Positions 16,827-26,101 of a stretch of DNA of 37,412 nucleotides are shown here, piece by piece; positions within the stretch are counted from its first letter, which is position 1; each line of letters begins with the position of its first letter. The notes below the pieces were generated by a model. That model had not been told where the DNA came from. It saw only the letters and a program-made list of their open reading frames with translations, and searched no databases. Origin of the DNA: Candidatus Zixiibacteriota bacterium (lineage in GTDB: Bacteria; Zixibacteria; MSB-5A5; WJJR01); assembly GCA_036170655.1 (NCBI GenBank), contig JAVHPP010000141.1, forward strand, positions 38,737 through 76,148, read 5' to 3'. A program made the translations under genes and the position numbers.

Positions 16827-18624
16827 GGGGTCATTAACCGGTCGTTCTGCTTTCTCCTCTTCGTATCGTACACGGACTTGGCTTGACTCTCTCCAGATTC
16901 AGGCGAAGACGCTTCTCGGATTGACGTGGAGCTTGTCCCAGCGGCTTGATCTCCTGCGCAAGCAGCTTTCCACGGGGCGTGATCTTCGCCAGCGGCAGTT
17001 TCATGCGTTGCTGACAGCCCAGTCGCCGAGGCGTTCACCCGTTGGCTGGAAAATCGATCTCGATGGCGATGAAAGTTCCATCACAGAATCTGTTGACCGG
17101 CGAACGCTGTGGTCGCGCTTTCTGGTGGGTGGAGGATGGTACCCGGGGAAGCAGGCGTACGTCGAGGCACAGGTTGGAGGAATTGCCTCCGCACACCGCG
17201 CCGGCGCCGGCCGGACCGACGACCAGGGACTTGCCCAACATCTGGGGCTGGAATGGAGCGGCGCAGGATTGCTGCCTGCCGGGGGATACCTGCGTTCTTC
17301 ACTCACGCACGAGGGAGATGGTCGCGTCCGCATCCCCGCGCAAGATACCAGACTCGCCATCGGGACAGACTGGGCAGGGCCGACGGACTCCGTCACAACC
17401 GAATGGGCAGAGCAGTGGAGCAATGTGCGCTTCTTCCCCTCCCCGGATCGATTCGATGTGATCGGCCGACAACAACGCCGTAACCGAAGTGCGCAAGTTC
17501 AATGGCGGCATTCGCCGGCCGGACGTCGGCCGGGGTTCGATCATGACCGGGGCCTGACGGTCGGTTGGAATCTGGATGCCACGTACGGACTGAATCAGAA
17601 TCTGTATGATGCCGCATTGCTTCCCGGACAGACGATGGCCTTCATTCCGGGAGACACACGCACCGTGCGGCGTGCCTATGGCGCAGGGACCGACGCACGC
17701 GGAGGACCGTGGGCGTTTTCTCTGGAGTACCACTATCGCTGGACTGAGGACCGCTTTGGCGAAGTGCGTCGCGATCAGACCGGGGAAACGGGGGAACTGA
17801 ATAGCACAATGTCGGCGCGTGTTACATCAACTGATTCAACTGGTGTCCGCGCAATTTTCCGCGTCACATCTTACGCCGTTCCCGCCGACAGCGGGTTCTT
17901 CGATGACCGGGATGAAGCGGAGCGCGTGATCGAGGCGTTCTGGTGGCATCGGTTTTCGCCGGAACTGGCGCTCCGGCCCGTTTTGTCGTTCCAGCGTCAG
18001 CGCCAGATTTTCCTCTCCGAGCGGCGATCGGCTGACAACAACACGAACGATATCTATGTTCTGGCGCCAGCCGTCATTTGGAATCTGACCAGGGCCGTGA
18101 TGCTGCAACAGACATTTGCCCTTCGTGCGCACTACCGCTCCTTTGATTTTGAACGCAAGGATCCGCTGGGACGGAGCACGCTCTTCCGGCGGGCCGAATC
18201 GGTGAGCGATGTCCGGATCGCACAGGTATCGGCCATGACATGGACCGTGCGATATACCTATCGTTATGAGGATTTTGGCGGGCTCTATGATCGGGGCGGG
18301 TGGGTCCAGGCCGTTGACTGGGATCGCCGCTCAAACTTGATCGATTTTCGTCTGCATTGGCGTCCCGGACTCGGGCTTTCATTCGAACCCGAGGTTGCGT
18401 TGGAATTCAAGCGGTCGTTCAACCACCGTCGCGAAGCCGACCGGATTCGGCGCATCCAGGACAACCCCTTTTGGCGACGGCAACTGGTCCTGCAAGCAGT
18501 CTGGGTATCACGATACGGGTACTGTGTGCGCCTGTCTCTGGCGCAACGCACCCAGGACCTGGGGCTGGGGAGGCGTGACTTGGATAATCGCTGGGAGTTC
18601 TCTCTGTCAAAGGGTGTCATGTGA
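16768..18624 (+). CDS. Predicted outer-membrane beta-barrel protein
   Basis: Hydrophobic signal peptide; many amphipathic strands rich in W/Y/R; C-terminal strand WEFSLSK; start 16768 (ATG) or 16735 (TTG), overlapping the rsmA tail. Confidence 0.75.
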   Translation: MLCFVLLLPLVLPGLIPTAEGSLTGRSAFSSSYRTRTWLDSLQIQAKTLLGLTWSLSQRLDLLRKQLSTGRDLRQRQFHALLTAQSPRRSPVGWKIDLDGDESSITESVDRRTLWSRFLVGGGWYPGKQAYVEAQVGGIASAHRAGAGRTDDQGLAQHLGLEWSGAGLLPAGGYLRSSLTHEGDGRVRIPAQDTRLAIGTDWAGPTDSVTTEWAEQWSNVRFFPSPDRFDVIGRQQRRNRSAQVQWRHSPAGRRPGFDHDRGLTVGWNLDATYGLNQNLYDAALLPGQTMAFIPGDTRTVRRAYGAGTDARGGPWAFSLEYHYRWTEDRFGEVRRDQTGETGELNSTMSARVTSTDSTGVRAIFRVTSYAVPADSGFFDDRDEAERVIEAFWWHRFSPELALRPVLSFQRQRQIFLSERRSADNNTNDIYVLAPAVIWNLTRAVMLQQTFALRAHYRSFDFERKDPLGRSTLFRRAESVSDVRIAQVSAMTWTVRYTYRYEDFGGLYDRGGWVQAVDWDRRSNLIDFRLHWRPGLGLSFEPEVALEFKRSFNHRREADRIRRIQDNPFWRRQLVLQAVWVSRYGYCVRLSLAQRTQDLGLGRRDLDNRWEFSLSKGVM

Positions 18625-19208
18625 CGCGCCTCGTGCGGACAATGAGCTTGAGCGTCTGCCTTGTTCTGCTCTTGAACGGGTGCGCCAAAGACCCGTTTTC
18701 TACGCGGCGCCCCGACAAACCGCTGGGAAACGGGGGAACCTACCTGACGCCGGTCGATCCGCCGATCGCCGTTGATACCAACCTGTATCACGCCATGATC
18801 GAAAGGAATGCGGGGCACTATTTGCAAACGATGGCGGATTCGGTCGTATACGTTTTCGACTACGTTCTGGAGGGGCCGCCCGATTCTGCGCACAGTTGGG
18901 GGATCGGCGAGGAGAGCCGCATTGCGGGGAACATGTTTTCCGGAGTGTCCTCTATCGATGCGTTTTGGGAGCCGGTTACCGGACGCGTGGATCGCTTCGA
19001 AGACACAACAGCAATCCTGTATCGGACGTATCGGATTTCGGTCATGATGGCGAAATCAGACTCGGCTCTATCGCTTTCGTACCGGGGGGAGATGGCAGTT
19101 ACCCTGCGGCGCAATGCGCTGGACTTATGGCTGATCGTGCGGTGGGAAGACCTGCACACGAGCGCGGGGTCGCCATCGTGGGCTGACTTGAAATCACGGT
19201 TCCGTTGA
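18621..19208 (+). CDS. Predicted lipoprotein (NTF2/SnoaL-like by inference)
   Basis: Lipobox LLNG-C followed by AKDPFS; C-terminal WLIVRWEDL; GTGA coupling with the upstream gene. Confidence 0.8.
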   Translation: MTRLVRTMSLSVCLVLLLNGCAKDPFSTRRPDKPLGNGGTYLTPVDPPIAVDTNLYHAMIERNAGHYLQTMADSVVYVFDYVLEGPPDSAHSWGIGEESRIAGNMFSGVSSIDAFWEPVTGRVDRFEDTTAILYRTYRISVMMAKSDSALSLSYRGEMAVTLRRNALDLWLIVRWEDLHTSAGSPSWADLKSRFR

Positions 19209-19209
19209 G

Positions 19210-19791
19210 ATGTGGACTAAACGCGACTTTTCCCTCTGCACGGCCACGGCCCGCCGCGCGCTGCTATTCGCCGCTGGAATGGCGCTCGGCCTGGGATGCA
19301 GCAATCCCTTCTCGCCTCCGAATGTGGGGCCGCGAGGCGGCACTCCGATCAAACCGCTGTCATCGCCCGAAAACGTTCTGGCCAACCTCCAGTATGCCTA
19401 CGAACAGCGCGACTATGATGTCTACGAGGCGCTGCTCGACCGCGATTTCGTCTTTGTGTACTTCGATCCCGAACGGGTCGAAGGAATCGAGACCGTGGTC
19501 GTGCCCAGAGACGGCCCCTCGGGAGACCTCGAACGAACACGGCGGCTTCTTCGCGTCTTTGACGAGATTCGTCTGGTGTTCTTCCACATATCGGAGCAGC
19601 CATCCGATACCACGGGGTCGCGCATACTCCAGATGCGGCGTGTCGCTTTCCAGCTGACGTTGCGCGATCTGGACGGCGATTTCGGATTTGAGTCGTTCGA
19701 AGCATCGGGCGATGCCTTGTTCTCGTTCGCACGTTCCTCGCAGGATGGCCAGTGGCGCATCGTCCGCTGGGAAGATCTGTCCAATCAGTAG
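19210..19791 (+). CDS. Predicted lipoprotein, paralog of the previous gene
   Basis: Lipobox LGLG-C followed by SNPFS; C-terminal WRIVRWEDL. Confidence 0.8.
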   Translation: MWTKRDFSLCTATARRALLFAAGMALGLGCSNPFSPPNVGPRGGTPIKPLSSPENVLANLQYAYEQRDYDVYEALLDRDFVFVYFDPERVEGIETVVVPRDGPSGDLERTRRLLRVFDEIRLVFFHISEQPSDTTGSRILQMRRVAFQLTLRDLDGDFGFESFEASGDALFSFARSSQDGQWRIVRWEDLSNQ

Positions 19792-20108
19792 CCGGGTTTT
19801 CTGCCAGTCATTCAGCATCTTTGCTGTGCAGTGGATGCGCAGTCTAAGGTGTTTCCTCTCTTGCACTTTACCAGCACCAAGAAACCCCGATGTCCCGGTT
19901 GCCATGTGTGCATGACATTGCAGTTTTGGGACGGGTTCAATGAAGCCCCTGTCGGGTTGTGACCCTGCACTTGTGGTTTTTGGCCGACTGCCGATAAGTC
20001 AAACAGGATAAGTTCGCTTCCCCGGACGGCGAGTGCGTCCGCCGGGTCGCGGAGTGTCTTCTTTGGTGAGCCTGCTGTGTGGGGCGTGAGAGCAAAGAGG
20101 AGAGAGCC

Positions 20109-23015
20109 ATGGTGTTTAGCTCAGGCAGCCGAATCAGGGCCAGTGTTGCGGTGGTGGTCTTCCTGGTTCTGTCCACTGTGTATGTCGTTTATGCTGGAAC
20201 CACGGGGAAGATTTCCGGGGTTGTCACCGACAAGGAAACTGGCGAGCCGATCGCCGGAGCCATAGTCGCCGTCGACGGCACAGATCTTAAGGCCTGTACC
20301 GGCGCGAACGGGAGCTATGTCATCCTCAATGTGCCTGTGGGACGACACACCTTGACGGCCACATTGCTGGGCGAGAAGGACAATCCGGCACCCACCGAAC
20401 TGCTTCTCTTCCAGGCAATCGAAGTTCGTGATCTGAAGGTGTCGGTTGACCTGAACACCGAGCAGAATATCACGCTGTTCTCGACGCCTGTCGAGATGGG
20501 GACTATTGTCGTCATCGCCGAGCGGCCCCTTGTCCTCAAAGACCGTACCGCGTCGCTGCGTGTCGTCGAGTCGGACGAGATCAGCGCGCTGCCGACACGC
20601 GGCTACCGTGATCTATTGGCGCTCCAGCCCGGTGTCGTGATGCGCTCCGGCAATCTGCTCAACGTCCGCGGGGGGCGCACCTCGGAAGTTGCCTACTATG
20701 TTGATGGTTTTTCACAGCAGGACCCGCTGACCGGCGTCTCCTCGACTCAGATTAACAACAACGACTTGGACGAAGTGTCGATCACGACTGGCGGATTCAA
20801 CGCAGAGTACGGGTGGGTTGCCTCGGGTGTTATCAATGTAACGACCAAAGAGGGTGGCGACCACCTGAGTGGCGCCATCGAAACGGTCACGGACAATTTC
20901 CACGGCAACAGCTATGACTACAATATCTACGACATGAGTGTGTCCGGCCCGCTGCGACCCTTGAGCGACCGCATGCGGTTCATCGTCTCCGGAGAGCGGC
21001 GCTGGCAGGGTGATCGCACGCCTTCGGCCACGGCCGGCGGTCCCTTGCCCGAAAATGGCTCCGGCGGCTGGACTTGGCGCGGCAAGTTCAACTGGAAACT
21101 GACCAACGCCACCGAACTGAAGCTGGGAGCGCTGACGTCCGCTGACGATTGGAAGACTTGGCGCAGAGACTGGCAATTCAACTTGGAACACGCGCCGCGC
21201 CTCGCTGATAGGAATAAATCCATCCACGCCACGCTCGAGCACATTGTCAGCCCGCTGACTTTCTACACGATGTCGGCCAACTACTTCTCCACCGAGCGGA
21301 AGCGCGGCGACGGCGTGTACTTTGACAACATCTGGGCGTATGGCCGCCCTTCCGGTAACCCCAACTTCGACGCCGAGAATCTATTTTACTCCTGGGACAA
21401 CATCAATGGCCCCACGACGGTGGAGGATACTGTCATCGACGGGCGGAAATACGTTCTTCGCGGCGATGAGTCCAGCGTGTGGAGCAATTACCTTCACCGC
21501 CAGTCGTCTTACGTCGGATTGGACATGGACATGGTCAGCCAGGTCAATCCCCATCACGAGATACGCGGTGGCCTGGAATTCCAGCGTCATACCCTGCGGC
21601 GTTATCAGCACCTGACGGCGACCAGCGTCTATCAGGGGTATGGAGAGGGACAGCACGGCTTTGACGATGTTGACCGGTATGGATACAGCATCACTGGTGA
21701 GAAGCTGGAGAACGACGGACTTCAGGGCGCGAAGCACCCCGTGACGTTTGCCGCTTTTCTGCAGGACAAGTTCGAGCTGGATGGACTCGTGGTCAATGCC
21801 GGTTTGCGCTTCGATTATCTGAATGTCAATACGAAGCGTTTGCGTGATCAGACCGACCCGCTCGATCCTGACCATTACCTTGACAACCCGAATCATACCG
21901 ATGAGCAGGCACAACTCGCCCAGCGTCTGGACCCGGGCGATCTGGCAAACAGCCAGGCGGAACTCGAATTGTCCCCCCGTCTGGGGGTCGCGTTTCCTAT
22001 CACGGACCGGTCCGTGTTCCATGTGTCCTATGGACGGTTCATGCAGAGGCCCGACCTGCAGAATCTTTACGTGTCGTACCAATACCTGGAATACAAGATC
22101 AAGACTGGGGGGTACTTCTTCCCGTTCGGCAACCCCAATCTCAAACCGGAACGCACGACCGAGTATGAGGCCGGCTGGACACGGCAACTGGGTCTGCATT
22201 CGTCACTGATGCTGACAGCATACTATAAGGACGTGAAAGATCTGACCGAGATCGTCAATCAGCCGGCGAGCCCCAACGGCTTTGCCACCTACAGGAACGC
22301 CGATTTTGGCACCATCAAGGGGTTTGAAGCGACTTTTAATCTTCGCCGCACGCGTACCATCGGCCTGGTGGCGAGCTACACCCTGACGAACAGCACCGGG
22401 ACCGGCTCCAGCGCCACCTCTCAAAGCAACATTGCGTGGCAGGGCGCCGACGCTCCCAAAACCGCCAACGCGCTCGACTACGATCAGCGCCACAAGCTGA
22501 CCGCCGTGATCGACCTGCGTGCGAACGACAAGGAAGGTCCCAGAATCGCCGGTGCGCATGTGCTCGAAAACACCGGCCTTGACCTGACGTTTGTTGCGGG
22601 AAGCGGTTTTCCTTACACCCCGACGGAGATGAAAAACATCCTGACTCTGTCGGGAACACGTTCGAACAACACCGGGCCGATCAACTCACGTTACGGCCCA
22701 TGGACCGCCCAACTGGATTTGAAGGCGACCAAGTCGTTCAAGTGGGGCGCGAGCCTGGTTGAATTCCAACTGTGGGTCATCAACCTGCTCGATCAGAAGA
22801 ACGTGTTGCAAGTCTACTCGACATCCGGGCTGCCGAATTCAACCGGCTGGATGGAAACGGCGGAAGGCCGGACGTTCCTCAACAACAAGACGTTTTCCCT
22901 TCCGCATGATTCTTCCGGTCTGACGGGAGAAGAAAAATACAGCTTGCGCGAAAACGATCCGACGAACTACGGGCCGCCGCGTCAAATCCGGGCGGGGATC
23001 AAGGTCTCGTTCTAA
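20109..23015 (+). CDS. TonB-dependent receptor with N-terminal carboxypeptidase-regulatory-like domain
   Basis: Signal peptide then GTTGKISG.V.D..TGEP; plug motifs VRGGR..EVAYYVDG and TGGFNAEYG...SGVIN..TK; GNPNLKPE; terminal strand PRQIRAGIKVSF. Confidence 0.93.
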   Translation: MVFSSGSRIRASVAVVVFLVLSTVYVVYAGTTGKISGVVTDKETGEPIAGAIVAVDGTDLKACTGANGSYVILNVPVGRHTLTATLLGEKDNPAPTELLLFQAIEVRDLKVSVDLNTEQNITLFSTPVEMGTIVVIAERPLVLKDRTASLRVVESDEISALPTRGYRDLLALQPGVVMRSGNLLNVRGGRTSEVAYYVDGFSQQDPLTGVSSTQINNNDLDEVSITTGGFNAEYGWVASGVINVTTKEGGDHLSGAIETVTDNFHGNSYDYNIYDMSVSGPLRPLSDRMRFIVSGERRWQGDRTPSATAGGPLPENGSGGWTWRGKFNWKLTNATELKLGALTSADDWKTWRRDWQFNLEHAPRLADRNKSIHATLEHIVSPLTFYTMSANYFSTERKRGDGVYFDNIWAYGRPSGNPNFDAENLFYSWDNINGPTTVEDTVIDGRKYVLRGDESSVWSNYLHRQSSYVGLDMDMVSQVNPHHEIRGGLEFQRHTLRRYQHLTATSVYQGYGEGQHGFDDVDRYGYSITGEKLENDGLQGAKHPVTFAAFLQDKFELDGLVVNAGLRFDYLNVNTKRLRDQTDPLDPDHYLDNPNHTDEQAQLAQRLDPGDLANSQAELELSPRLGVAFPITDRSVFHVSYGRFMQRPDLQNLYVSYQYLEYKIKTGGYFFPFGNPNLKPERTTEYEAGWTRQLGLHSSLMLTAYYKDVKDLTEIVNQPASPNGFATYRNADFGTIKGFEATFNLRRTRTIGLVASYTLTNSTGTGSSATSQSNIAWQGADAPKTANALDYDQRHKLTAVIDLRANDKEGPRIAGAHVLENTGLDLTFVAGSGFPYTPTEMKNILTLSGTRSNNTGPINSRYGPWTAQLDLKATKSFKWGASLVEFQLWVINLLDQKNVLQVYSTSGLPNSTGWMETAEGRTFLNNKTFSLPHDSSGLTGEEKYSLRENDPTNYGPPRQIRAGIKVSF

Positions 23016-23046
23016 GGCCTGCCGACTGATCAGGAGGGTGAGAAGT

Positions 23047-26046
23047 ATGAACGTTTCGGTCAGAGCTACAGTGTGCGCCATGGGGATCGTGGCTCTTTGC
23101 GCGCCCGCACGCGCGGGGCTGTCACCGCGTCCCGTGGCCGGTCGTGTCCAGCCCGCCTCCATCGACAACACCGCGACCATCGGGGTCAATAACCTGCAGA
23201 TGGTGGTCACCAATGTGGGATCGTTCGCCTATGATGCGACGAATCACTATGGCAAAGCCGATGGACTCTATTTCCCGCGCGGGACAAACAAGACCGTCAT
23301 CTTTGCCAGCGGGTTGTGGGTCGGCGCCAGGATCAACGGCACACCCCGTGTGACGGTCGCCGAGTACTCTACGGAATACAGTCCCGGCGGGATGAGCAAC
23401 GGGACCTTTGTCCCGGACGCGGGACGCTATCACGTTTACAAGATCAACCGCGGCGACAGCCGCGAGACCAACCCCGATTACGCAAATTGGCCGTTTGACG
23501 ACGGCGCTCCGGCGTTGAAGAATGCCGCGGGGAGCGACTCCCTCGATGAGTTTGGGAACCGTATCCCCACGATTCTCGGCGACCAGTCCCTCTATGCCAT
23601 TTACAACGATGCCGATCCGGGCGCGCACACGAATGGCGCCGGGCGCAGCGACCCGCTGGGCCTCGAAGTCCAGCAGTACGTGTTTGCCTTCGCCCGAGGC
23701 GGGGCCTTGGGCAACACCGTCTATCTCACCTTCAAGATTATCAACAAAGGACACGACACGCTGGAAGATACCTACGTCTCGCTCTGGTCTGATCCAGACG
23801 TCGGGAATGCCAGCGACGATCTGGTCGGGTGCGATACGCTGCTGTCTTTGGGATATGCCTATAATGACGGGCCCGATTATGTCTATGGTGCGGGTGCACC
23901 GGCGGTGGGGTTTGATTTCCTCGAGGGGCCGGTGGTGCCGGCTCCCGGCGATTCGGCGCTCCAGTTCGGGCGCTATATCCACGGCTTCCGCAATCTGCCG
24001 ATGACCTCGTTCAACAAGTATGTCAACGGGACGGACCCCACCAATAAGATCGAATCCTACAACTATATGCGGGGGCTATGGGCCAATGGTGATTCGGTTA
24101 CGGATGATGCGGGACAGGTGACGCCCTTCCAGGTCGCCGGCGATCCGGTTACGGAGGCGGGGTGGATTGATGTCAATGCCGGGGACCGCCGCTTCATGAT
24201 GAGCTCCGGCCCGTTCACGATGGCCCCGGGTGACACACAAGAGGTGGTCGTGGCTGTCTTGGTCGGCCAGGGCGATGACCATCTGTCATCGATCACTGCG
24301 CTGAAGTCGGTCTCGTCCCAGGCGCAGGCCGTCTTCGATCTGAACTTCCAGATTCCGTTTCCCCCGCCACAGCCCCAAGTCTGGTACCAGCCCCTGGCCA
24401 ATGACGTCGAGTTGATCTGGAGCACCGAGGCAGAAGGCGATGTGCAGGTCTCCGATGTGCTCCATCAACGATTCGTGATGGAGGGGTACAACGTCTACCA
24501 AGGCGAGTCGCAGGCCGGTCCGTGGAAGAAGATCGCCACGTTCGACGTGGATGATGACATCACCCGGATCTACAAGGATGAATTCGATCCCGCGATCGGC
24601 GCGGTGCAGCGGGTGATGATCGAATCCGGCGCCAACAGTGGATTGAAGAATCACCTCTCGATCAACACAGACCGAATCAAAGGCGGCGGGCTCATTAACC
24701 ACCGTCCCTATTACTTTGCCGTCACCACCTATTCGTACGATACGCTCAATCTGACCGAATACAATCTGGGCAGCACCCTGCTGGGGCATCTCACCGAGGC
24801 GCTCGAGACCAGTCCGCAGGCGATCACGGTTGTCCCCAGTTCGGTGGCGCTCCAACTCGTCGATACCGCGCGTCATGTGTCGGGACAGAGCGAGGGGGCA
24901 GTTGTCATTCGCTATCTGGACCCGGCGAATGCCAGCGGACACGACTATGAGGTGACGTTCAACGAAGACCGCACCTGGAACCTGACCGATCTGACCGGTG
25001 GGACGACGGTTCTGGCCGATCAGGCCAACCAGAGCGGGGATTTCCTCTATCCCGTGACGGGCGGCATGATGGTCCAGACCATTGGTCCCGATCCCGACGT
25101 GAAGGATATCACTTGGGAAGGGCCGGCCCAGTGGGTGACGGGTGTTAACTGGGGCGGGAGGTTCTTCGGCGGCGGGATCGACATCGGCGCAAATTTCTGG
25201 GGTTCGTCCATCGAGGACCAGACCCAATTGGTCCCTGTGGAGCTGCGCTTTTCGAACACGAACAAGCAAAAGGCATATCGCTATCTCCGCGGCGCGAATC
25301 CCAACTACGCCTACCAGGACTATCGTGATGTTCCCCTGACCGCCTGGGACGTCTCGACGGAACCGCCACGGCAGTTGAACCTTTGCTTCATTGAGCAGTA
25401 TGCGCTTTCCTCGGAAAACGGGACATGGTTGCCGCCGGATGATGATCCGGAGACAGGAGGACGCGAGTATCTCTTTGTGCTGAAGAGCGACTACGCGCCG
25501 ACGCCGAATGAATTCTACACGACGCGGTCAATCCGCTTTGACGCGCCGGAGTTCGACGTGCTGTACGCTTGGTGGCCGGTTGTCGCCGCAGGGCACTCGT
25601 CGGCGGAATTGGCCGATGGCCAGATCATGCGGATCGCACTGAACAAGTACAACACGTCCGGCGATCACTTTGCTTTCACCGCCCCCCGTCCGGGTCAGGC
25701 GTCTGCGGAGGACGCAAGCGCGAAGCTGAAGAGCGTTCATCCGATCCCAAATCCGTACTTTCATACGACGGATCTTGAGCCGGGTCTCACCCAGCGTCAG
25801 ATCAAGTTTGTCAATCTTCCGCCTATGGAAGCGACGCTGGAGATCTACAATCTTTCGGGCGATCTCATTCGCACAGTCCGGAAATCCGATCTGACGTCCG
25901 ACGAAATTGACTGGGATGTCCTGACCACGAACGGCCTGCCACCCGCCAGCGGCATCTACATTTATCGAATCACGGTGCCGGGTTTAGGCGAGAAGGTCGG
26001 CAAGTTGGCGGTATTCACCGAAGTGGAGCAGTTGAAGATTTACTAA
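23047..26046 (+). CDS. Large secreted protein with FN3-like region and T9SS type-A/FlgD-Ig-like C-terminal domain
   Basis: AGGAGG SD before ATG 23047; signal peptide; Asp-rich; C-terminus PNPY...IKF.NLP....LEIYNLSGDLIRT...WD......ASGIYIYRI......GKLAVF. Confidence 0.85.
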   Translation: MNVSVRATVCAMGIVALCAPARAGLSPRPVAGRVQPASIDNTATIGVNNLQMVVTNVGSFAYDATNHYGKADGLYFPRGTNKTVIFASGLWVGARINGTPRVTVAEYSTEYSPGGMSNGTFVPDAGRYHVYKINRGDSRETNPDYANWPFDDGAPALKNAAGSDSLDEFGNRIPTILGDQSLYAIYNDADPGAHTNGAGRSDPLGLEVQQYVFAFARGGALGNTVYLTFKIINKGHDTLEDTYVSLWSDPDVGNASDDLVGCDTLLSLGYAYNDGPDYVYGAGAPAVGFDFLEGPVVPAPGDSALQFGRYIHGFRNLPMTSFNKYVNGTDPTNKIESYNYMRGLWANGDSVTDDAGQVTPFQVAGDPVTEAGWIDVNAGDRRFMMSSGPFTMAPGDTQEVVVAVLVGQGDDHLSSITALKSVSSQAQAVFDLNFQIPFPPPQPQVWYQPLANDVELIWSTEAEGDVQVSDVLHQRFVMEGYNVYQGESQAGPWKKIATFDVDDDITRIYKDEFDPAIGAVQRVMIESGANSGLKNHLSINTDRIKGGGLINHRPYYFAVTTYSYDTLNLTEYNLGSTLLGHLTEALETSPQAITVVPSSVALQLVDTARHVSGQSEGAVVIRYLDPANASGHDYEVTFNEDRTWNLTDLTGGTTVLADQANQSGDFLYPVTGGMMVQTIGPDPDVKDITWEGPAQWVTGVNWGGRFFGGGIDIGANFWGSSIEDQTQLVPVELRFSNTNKQKAYRYLRGANPNYAYQDYRDVPLTAWDVSTEPPRQLNLCFIEQYALSSENGTWLPPDDDPETGGREYLFVLKSDYAPTPNEFYTTRSIRFDAPEFDVLYAWWPVVAAGHSSAELADGQIMRIALNKYNTSGDHFAFTAPRPGQASAEDASAKLKSVHPIPNPYFHTTDLEPGLTQRQIKFVNLPPMEATLEIYNLSGDLIRTVRKSDLTSDEIDWDVLTTNGLPPASGIYIYRITVPGLGEKVGKLAVFTEVEQLKIY

Positions 26047-26101
26047 TGCCGCGGGTATTCATTCGGCACTGACGGACCTGAATCTATCGGAGGTTGGAAC
26101 C

